DNA from: Candidatus Fokinia solitaria | GTDB taxonomy: Bacteria > Pseudomonadota > Alphaproteobacteria > Rickettsiales > Midichloriaceae | DNA: 32,000 nucleotides | Assembly (NCBI RefSeq): GCF_003072485.1 | Contig: NZ_CP025989.1 | Location: forward strand, 600,001 to 632,000 | Direction: 5' to 3' | In this document: one piece after another, positions 26,059-32,000 of the stretch | How the letters are laid out: each line of letters starts with the position of its first letter | How positions within the stretch are numbered: position 1 is the stretch's first letter | The notes under the pieces: generated by a model | Told to the model about the DNA's origin: nothing | What the model saw: the letters and a program-made list of their open reading frames with translations, nothing else | Databases searched by the model: none | Position numbers and translations under genes: made by a program

Positions 26059-26182
26059 TACAAAGATACATAAATTTTATATAAAAAGAATGAAATATGC
26101 AATAATTTTATAATAAAGCGTAGTTATATTTTATATAATAAAAACTTTTATCAAAGAACAAGACGATATATTGTATAATATC

Positions 26183-27595
26183 TTAATATTTCCTTAAGTG
26201 AGTTGTATACGGATTTTCATTTACAGAGAGTACTATACTCACAGGATTGCCAGTAAGTTCAAGTTTTGAAGCTACTACATTTCTTATCTCCTGCACCTTA
26301 TACAACGGAGGTTTTTTATTAACAAAAACTTTGAATGTGATATCTTTCTCATATGCAATACACTTTATTCTTCCAGTTCTGTTACCTTCAATTCTCCAGG
26401 TAATACAAGATAAAAATGGCATCAATTTTCGATTAAGGAAACTAGTAGCAAATTTTCTCTTTCTCACATCAGCAACTGCTAATACATAATCAAATAACTC
26501 TTTTCTGATCCCTTTAGAATATAAAGCTGAAGTAAATAGTACTACAGGCAAAACCAATACATTCACTTTTTCTCGCATTATGAAATGAACTTCTTCTTGC
26601 AGTCTTTTCGCGTCACTTACCAAATCCATTTTATTTACCACTATAATCAAGCCTTTTTTTTCTTTTGCACAAAGCTGTATAATTCTCAGATCTTGAACTT
26701 CAAATAACTTCTCTGATTCTATAACTACTACAACAATATCTACTTCTCTTACCGTCGCAATACTTTGAAATACAGAAGCTTTTTCTATGCTTTCCTCAAT
26801 ATTTGCCTTTCTTCTCATCCCTGCAGTATCATTCAATTCCATCAATATGTCGATTCCATTAACCGTCACCGACATCTCATCAGATACGGTATCTCTTGTG
26901 GTATGCGATACAGCTGATGTTATGGAGCGCTGTGTTTTCAATATATTATTGAAAAGTGTAGATTTGCCGACATTTGGCCTACCTACGATAGCAATTTTGC
27001 ATCGACGAGATAAATGAATATCATCAGCATCTTGGACTTGAGCTACATCACTCGATACCACTTCATCACATGATAAACCGCATCGTTGCATTACATCACT
27101 CAGCACGCGCGATAACGTCGCAAATCCGTGTCGATGCAAGCTTGAAATCGGAATAACAATATCGAAGTACGGTATATAAGAAAAATCTACATTATGAATA
27201 CCGCCGATATCAGACTTATTTACAACGACTATGACATGCTTTTTCATACGATATAATAGCGTTGCAATCTCCGCATCAACGACATTAGTACTACTCGTAC
27301 CATCTATCATAAATAACACAATATCTGCCTCATCTATCGCTTTTAAACATTTAGCAATAATTGTTTTATCCAATTCTCTCCTCTCATTTTCTGCTTCTGA
27401 TACATAGTATCCTGGCGCATCTAGTAGCACGAACTGCAAAGCATCTAAAACTACCTTATACTTTCTGATGTCACGTGTTACGAATAGCGTATCATGAACA
27501 ATAGCAAGCTTTCTACGACATAAAGCATTAAAAAGTGTAGATTTGCCGACATTTGATCTGCCTACGATGGCAACTTTAGGTAGTGCAGAGTTCAT
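26183..27595 (-). CDS. der: Ribosome biogenesis GTPase Der (EngA)
   Basis: Two tandem G domains: GRSNVGKSTLFN / DAPG / NKSD, and GRPNVGKSTLFN / DTAG / NKMD. C-terminal KH-like domain. Confidence 0.95.
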   Translation of the reverse strand: MNSALPKVAIVGRSNVGKSTLFNALCRRKLAIVHDTLFVTRDIRKYKVVLDALQFVLLDAPGYYVSEAENERRELDKTIIAKCLKAIDEADIVLFMIDGTSSTNVVDAEIATLLYRMKKHVIVVVNKSDIGGIHNVDFSYIPYFDIVIPISSLHRHGFATLSRVLSDVMQRCGLSCDEVVSSDVAQVQDADDIHLSRRCKIAIVGRPNVGKSTLFNNILKTQRSITSAVSHTTRDTVSDEMSVTVNGIDILMELNDTAGMRRKANIEESIEKASVFQSIATVREVDIVVVVIESEKLFEVQDLRIIQLCAKEKKGLIIVVNKMDLVSDAKRLQEEVHFIMREKVNVLVLPVVLFTSALYSKGIRKELFDYVLAVADVRKRKFATSFLNRKLMPFLSCITWRIEGNRTGRIKCIAYEKDITFKVFVNKKPPLYKVQEIRNVVASKLELTGNPVSIVLSVNENPYTTHLRKY

Positions 27596-27622
27596 CTTTT
27601 AAATCATACGAAATGCGCAAAA

Positions 27623-27643
27623 CTGCAAAACAATAAGTTGCAG
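27623..27643 (-). terminator. Hairpin with flanking T/A runs between rplA and der (weak intrinsic terminator or attenuator candidate)
   Basis: CTGCAA (27623-27628), 9 nt, TTGCAG (27638-27643). On the minus strand it is followed by TTTTG; on the plus strand by AATTTTT. The stem is only 6 bp. Confidence 0.3.
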
Positions 27644-27657
27644 AATTTTTCTCTATT

Positions 27658-28386
27658 TTAGATTGTAGCTAACTCCGCTAATGACTTCACATCTACAAGC
27701 GCAGAAGGGCCATAAGTCACGGAAATATGGCATTTTCTTATATATATACCTTTACTTGCCGCAGGCTTAGCTGCGATTAAAGCATCATATAATGCTTTCA
27801 TATTCTCGGATAAAGCTTCAACTGAAAAATTTAGCTTTCCTATTGGCGCATGGATCAAAGATCCTTTTTCAACTTTAAACTCAATCATTCCATCTTTCAC
27901 TTCTCTGACACGTTTTGGTACATCTTGCACAACAGTACCTAATTTCAGATTTGGCATTAAGCCTCTCGAGCCTAATTTTTTCGCAACTTTTGCTATTGTC
28001 ATCATCATTTTCTCCTCGCCTACGCACACATCGAATGAACCAAGATCGACTTTATCAGCAGTAATATCATCTATAAGAGACTGCCCTCCTGCTATCGTTG
28101 CACCGGCTTCCATTGCTTCCGCCTTACGTTCATCGCTTAAGATCGCCATGACTTTCAACTGCTTACCGAGTCCTTTTGGGAGAATCACCGCACCACGCAC
28201 CATTTGATCAGAATGCTTCGGATCAACTCCGAGTAGTATGCTGCATTCCACGGTTTCATTAATCTTCGCACAGAATTTATCCTTGTATTCACTTAAAAAC
28301 GCTGATACTGCCTCCTTGAATGAAAATGACTTTCCATCAAATATCTTACTCGCGGCAGTAACTCGCTTTGAAACTTTTCTTGACAT
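27658..28386 (-). CDS. rplA: 50S ribosomal protein L1
   Basis: SDQMVRGAVILPKGLGKQLKVMAI, FDVCVGEEKMMMTIAKVAKKLGSRGLMPNLKLGTV and IHAPIGKLNFSVEAL align with E. coli L1 ([74 protein letters not shown]). Confidence 0.95.
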   Translation of the reverse strand: MSRKVSKRVTAASKIFDGKSFSFKEAVSAFLSEYKDKFCAKINETVECSILLGVDPKHSDQMVRGAVILPKGLGKQLKVMAILSDERKAEAMEAGATIAGGQSLIDDITADKVDLGSFDVCVGEEKMMMTIAKVAKKLGSRGLMPNLKLGTVVQDVPKRVREVKDGMIEFKVEKGSLIHAPIGKLNFSVEALSENMKALYDALIAAKPAASKGIYIRKCHISVTYGPSALVDVKSLAELATI

Positions 28387-28447
28387 ATTACACGACTATA
28401 AGGAGCTTTTGCTTTCGAGTTCAGAGTACACCGATATAGCGAGATTG

Positions 28448-29398
28448 TCAATTATCAACGCTTGTAAATGAAACGACTCTTTCTATATTGCATAGATCCA
28501 TAACAATGTCTTTCACCTTAAAGCCTGCATTTTGAAAAATCGATATCACAGCATTTGCTTTATCATAACCTACTTCTACAACAACTAGCCCTTTATCTTT
28601 GAGAAACTGCTTTGCATTAGCAGATATTACTCTATAAGCATCTAAGCCGTCCTGCATATCTGTAAGACTAATGCGCGGTTCAAAATCCTTCACCTCTTTT
28701 GATAATACATGCCATTCAGAAAAAGGGATATAAGGAGGATTGGAAATAACAAAATCAAATTTACGATGCAACATTTTCGCGTCAAACCAATTACCGCGTA
28801 AAAAAGTAATATCTTGCATAGAAGATAAAATATTTTCCGCATTACGTTTTGCCACTCTTAACGCTACATCACTTATATCAATTCCTACTCCATGTGAAAC
28901 AACTCTTGCTTTTTGCAACGCGACGGTACGTAACTCATTTAATATCGATATCAATACACAACCGCTACCTACACCAAGTTCTAATATATCGCACCTATCG
29001 CAAATAATACCTCTTTCCTGCATTAAGATTGCATTTTTCGCTACATATTCCACTAAAAATTCCGTTTCTGGTCTAGGTATTAGCACATCATAGTTGACAT
29101 AAAAATCATTTTTCCAAAACGATTTTCTATTGAGGATATAAGCTATCGGCTCTCCAAGTTTTCTCCTATTGATGTAAGATTCAAATTGAGTAACGTAATC
29201 ATCTGGCAAGTTCATCTTATCAAACTTGCACATAAACATTTCAGTATAATCATACATCCCTATTGCATACGCCAATAAGATCATTGCATCCAATTTTGGA
29301 TTCTCATTCCATTCCTGCGATAATACTTGAGAAGCATGCTCTATCATTAGCTTCAAATTTTCTACATTGTTGCATGTCATATTATTGTATAAGCGCAT
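28448..29398 (-). CDS. prmC: Peptide chain release factor N(5)-glutamine methyltransferase
   Basis: SAM-binding ILELGVGSGC, catalytic NPPY (VISNPPYIP), LIPRPETE block, and an N-terminal HemK helical domain. Confidence 0.9.
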   Translation of the reverse strand: MRLYNNMTCNNVENLKLMIEHASQVLSQEWNENPKLDAMILLAYAIGMYDYTEMFMCKFDKMNLPDDYVTQFESYINRRKLGEPIAYILNRKSFWKNDFYVNYDVLIPRPETEFLVEYVAKNAILMQERGIICDRCDILELGVGSGCVLISILNELRTVALQKARVVSHGVGIDISDVALRVAKRNAENILSSMQDITFLRGNWFDAKMLHRKFDFVISNPPYIPFSEWHVLSKEVKDFEPRISLTDMQDGLDAYRVISANAKQFLKDKGLVVVEVGYDKANAVISIFQNAGFKVKDIVMDLCNIERVVSFTSVDN

Positions 29399-29442
29399 TA
29401 TGAATGATATTGTAAAATCAGCATGTCGTACTCGATATTTCC

Positions 29443-30012
29443 ATGAAAGAGAAAGATGTAGAGGTAATTATGGACATTGTAAACATTATGGATGCTCTCA
29501 TCTCGAACGAAACACTTGGAAATTACGGTATTCATGAGGACACTGAGATTATACAAGTTATAACGGAAATATTTGAAATAACAGAACATGATCTTGCATC
29601 ATGTAATACACTGTCAGACTGTATGAAGTTAATTAGTGATTATTTCAGCATGATACTGCTCACGCAAGGTCACGCAAAATTCTCAGAACAGAAATTACAT
29701 GATATAAAGAAAAAATTAATTAATGCACTCCTCCGTCAGTTTCATCTCAAAGTACAGTTTTCAATTCTAAAGAGGATAAGAGAAGTGATGAAAAGAAATA
29801 TCAGAAAAGTACAACAAGACACATGTGTTCAACATTTAATAAAAGAACTAATCATCAACGACGGAGGCTTAGATAGATATATAAATCTCAAACTACGAGT
29901 ACGTATCAAAACACATGATGATGAGGAGGAACATAGCAGTAATAGCATCAACAACGGTAATACGATTGCAAATAGCATAATTCGAAAAGATCAAAGCACA
30001 AGGCAAAGGTAA
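29443..30012 (+). CDS. Hypothetical protein (189 aa), acidic N-terminal half, basic C-terminal half and tail
   Basis: The ORF is divergent from prmC with only a 44-bp spacer. No motif recognised. The N-terminus is rich in E, D and I. The C-terminus ends ...NSIIRKDQSTRQR. Coding status is plausible but unproven. Confidence 0.45.
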   Translation: MKEKDVEVIMDIVNIMDALISNETLGNYGIHEDTEIIQVITEIFEITEHDLASCNTLSDCMKLISDYFSMILLTQGHAKFSEQKLHDIKKKLINALLRQFHLKVQFSILKRIREVMKRNIRKVQQDTCVQHLIKELIINDGGLDRYINLKLRVRIKTHDDEEEHSSNSINNGNTIANSIIRKDQSTRQR

Positions 30013-30042
30013 ATAGTTCATTTTAAATATCCATCTTCAAAA

Positions 30043-30066
30043 TACACGTGCAATATCATACGTGTA
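30043..30066. terminator. Hairpin between the convergent 189-aa ORF and the small basic ORF
   Basis: TACACGT (30043-30049), 10 nt, ACGTGTA (30060-30066). It contains the palindrome CACGTG. No clear U-tract. Confidence 0.2.
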
Positions 30067-30118
30067 ACCGTAGAATATAATGAATTATTGCTTTTATCAG
30101 TGAATCTCTTTAGTTACT

Positions 30119-30307
30119 TTAATGTCTCTGAGATTGTTTTACTTTCTTAATACTAGATGCTCTGCTTTTCAAAGAAGTTCTTCTTTTACTGAACTGCTTT
30201 TTGTCTATGTATGACAACAATTTTCTCGCAGTATCTTCTATACATGACATGGACTTCTGCCCCATTGAGTACCAAAAAGAGCGAGATAACATTTTGTGAA
30301 AGGACAT
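30119..30307 (-). CDS. Small, very basic hypothetical protein (62 aa from the ATG); possibly a highly divergent bS21-like protein or a spurious ORF
   Basis: The C-terminal half KKQFSKRRTSLKSRASSIKKVKQSQRH is lysine/arginine/serine-rich. SCIEDTARKLL...KKQF..K....K.RASSIKK loosely parallels bS21 ([34 protein letters not shown]). The similarity is weak. Confidence 0.3.
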   Translation of the reverse strand: MSFHKMLSRSFWYSMGQKSMSCIEDTARKLLSYIDKKQFSKRRTSLKSRASSIKKVKQSQRH

Positions 30308-30393
30308 GGTGATTGACAAAAAATATTAAATAGAACTTTATTATAAGTGATTTCAAATTTAATTATAAAATTATATAATTTAAATATCAATGC

Positions 30394-31341
30394 ATGATCA
30401 ATAATTTAGATCCGATAGCGTTTCACGTACTAGGTTTTGATATATATTGGTACGGTATTTTTTACGGCTTCAGTTTCTTAATATGCTCCTTGATGATGGG
30501 ATATTTTCTCAATCTTGAAGTAATTGAAGCAGAACAAACATCGTTCAACAATAAACACTCTATATCAATACTAAACGGTAAATACGGCGATAGATTACTA
30601 ATATTTCTCGTACTCTCCGTAATACTCGGTAGTAGACTTGGTTATACTGTTTTCTATGCGCCTCACTGGTTTCAAAAAGACATCTTACACATCTTTAACA
30701 CAAGAAATGGTGGACTATCGCTACATGGAGGATTAATAGGCGGATTTATCGGGATATTACTTTTCTCTCTTTATGTCTTATCAAATTCAAAGTACCGCTA
30801 CTACAAGGTAATACTAAGACATAGAAATAATAAATTCATCTCAGATATCTGTTGTAGCAAATCACTTTTAGCAAGCTTACTATTAACCTTCAGTATATCA
30901 GATGCAATTGCGATATTCTGCCCAATCGGATTGCTGCTAGGACGCATCAGTAACTTCATCAACGGAGAGTTATACGGTACGGTAACAGAATTACCTATAG
31001 GTATTATCTTTGCAAAAGTTGACAGTTTCCCTAGACATCCAAGTCAGATATATGAAGCAATTCTAGAAGGCATCGTCCTCTTATTCATCACAACTAATCT
31101 CGCAAAAAATACAAAAATTTTGTCATTTCATGGCATGATCTCGGGCATAACATTGGTATTCTACTCGATATTTCGATATCTGTGCGAATTTTTACGCGCT
31201 CCTCTAGATGGACATGTAGAGTTTATGAACAGATTTATCACAAAAGGACAATCTTTGAGTGTCTACTCGTTATGCGTTGGAGGAGGTGTAATTTTATTCA
31301 GCATGCTTTTGAAGTTTTTAACTAGATATAGTAAAAAATGA
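30394..31341 (+). CDS. lgt: Prolipoprotein diacylglyceryl transferase
   Basis: IYWYGIFYGFSFL, GGLSLHGGLIGG, GRISNFINGELYG and RHPSQIYEAILEG match the Lgt signature blocks. It is about 30 aa longer than usual because of an internal insertion. Confidence 0.9.
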   Translation: MINNLDPIAFHVLGFDIYWYGIFYGFSFLICSLMMGYFLNLEVIEAEQTSFNNKHSISILNGKYGDRLLIFLVLSVILGSRLGYTVFYAPHWFQKDILHIFNTRNGGLSLHGGLIGGFIGILLFSLYVLSNSKYRYYKVILRHRNNKFISDICCSKSLLASLLLTFSISDAIAIFCPIGLLLGRISNFINGELYGTVTELPIGIIFAKVDSFPRHPSQIYEAILEGIVLLFITTNLAKNTKILSFHGMISGITLVFYSIFRYLCEFLRAPLDGHVEFMNRFITKGQSLSVYSLCVGGGVILFSMLLKFLTRYSKK

Positions 31342-31394
31342 CAGTTGCATGTTGCGCGTCATAAACATGCATAGATACGAGTACATGTTATTTC

Positions 31395-32000
31395 ATGAAT
31401 ATTGCAACTGAAGAATTTTACTTCCATTTACCGCAAGAACTCATAGCTCGATACCCTGTGACACCAAGGGATAGCTCGAAGCTACTATACATGAATAAAA
31501 CAGGAGTATTGCAAGATTTATCTTTTAAAGATGTAGTAAAATTACTCAAAAAAAATGATGTATTGGTACTGAATGATACAAAGGTAATTCCTAGCATGCT
31601 TAAGTGCAGTACTAAGGATAGCAACACACGAGTAAGAATCGACATACTAAAACATTATCACGATCACGATATATTATATTGCAACGCACTTGTAACACCG
31701 AGAAAACATTGTCGACCAAATACAATACTGCAATGCATAAGTAATAAAAATACTACTCTTGAACTCTCCGTAGAAGATATTCAACAAAATATAGTCACTC
31801 TCAAAGTACATAGTAGTAAAAGCTTCCATGACATCATGAGAGAATACGGCAACGTTCCTCTGCCGCCATACATACTCAAAGCTCGTTCCGCACATAATAT
31901 AATCGAAAAACAAGAAACAGATAAAGATAACTACCAAACAGTATATGCAAAATACGACGGCTCCATCGCTGCGCCTACCGCAGGCTTACACTTCACTGAC
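31395..32000 (+). CDS. queA: tRNA preQ1(34) S-adenosylmethionine ribosyltransferase-isomerase QueA, 5' portion (runs off the window)
   Basis: My own translation from the ATG at 31395: MNIATEEFYFHLPQELIARYPVTPRDSSKLLYMNK...DVLVLNDTKVIPSML...GNVPLPPYI...DNYQTVYAKYDGSIAAPTAGLHFTD. This matches the QueA blocks (LP.ELIAq.P...RD.SRLL, NDTRVIPARL, PLPPYI, YQTVYA, GSvAAPTAGLHFT). The frame is open for 202 codons to position 32000. It is absent from the ORF track, presumably because no stop lies within the window. Confidence 0.9.
   Translation, partial: MNIATEEFYFHLPQELIARYPVTPRDSSKLLYMNKTGVLQDLSFKDVVKLLKKNDVLVLNDTKVIPSMLKCSTKDSNTRVRIDILKHYHDHDILYCNALVTPRKHCRPNTILQCISNKNTTLELSVEDIQQNIVTLKVHSSKSFHDIMREYGNVPLPPYILKARSAHNIIEKQETDKDNYQTVYAKYDGSIAAPTAGLHFTD

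Noticed and set aside
31418-31937. Minus-strand ORFs of 75 and 87 aa near the 3' edge.
   Set aside because: The plus strand here encodes a clearly recognisable QueA N-terminal half in an open 202-codon frame. The minus-strand ORFs are antisense shadows.
1-32000. CRISPR arrays, IS elements or transposases, integrases, phage genes, toxin-antitoxin pairs and restriction-modification or other defence modules.
   Set aside because: I found no regularly spaced direct repeats, no terminal inverted repeats flanking an ORF, and no translation with transposase, integrase, nuclease-toxin or restriction methylase-endonuclease motifs. The only methyltransferases are prmC and a possible housekeeping fragment at the 5' edge.
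1-32000. Alternative genetic code (UGA read as Trp), as seen in some AT-rich reduced genomes.
   Set aside because: TGA terminates lgt (31339-31341) and the thioredoxin-like gene (15692-15694) exactly where the homologous proteins should end. The tRNA-Trp has anticodon CCA, not UCA.

Overview
Visibly AT-rich DNA, roughly one-third G+C by eye (not computed). It is densely packed with housekeeping genes and has the look of a reduced-genome obligate intracellular alphaproteobacterium. My best guess is Rickettsiales, Anaplasmataceae-like, but I cannot verify that without a database search. The genetic code appears standard: TGA ends lgt and the thioredoxin-like gene at the expected protein ends, and the tRNA-Trp anticodon is CCA.

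Recognisable genes, in order:
- DUF721/DciA-like, pgpA, map, alaS, infC, phaC, ruvB, murJ
- SEDS (FtsW/RodA family), xseB, DAACS transporter, tRNA-Trp, PRX-like thioredoxin-fold protein, dksA-like
- murE, holB, a beta-barrel outer-membrane protein, atpB, rpsJ, secG, thrS
- der, rplA, prmC, lgt, queA (runs off the 3' edge)

I found no rRNA, CRISPR array, transposase, integrase, prophage or recognisable defence or toxin module. I cannot point to a clear new multi-gene system.

Observations most worth follow-up:
1. An XseB twice the normal length that looks like a covalent tandem of two XseB hairpins.
2. A DksA-like protein that has lost three of four zinc-finger cysteines and the acidic coiled-coil tip.
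3. Orphan proteins with no recognisable family: a 690-aa ORF overlapping the DciA-like gene, a 387-aa K/E-rich coiled-coil protein, and a 189-aa acidic/basic protein next to a tiny very basic ORF.
4. Two spacers of about 0.55 kb without ORFs that carry short repeats.
5. Core translation genes (rpsJ, rplA, tRNA-Trp, infC/thrS) and atpB scattered away from their near-universal operon partners.
6. Near-identical nucleotide sequence at the two P-loops of der.

All functional calls rest on motif recognition by eye in the supplied translations.
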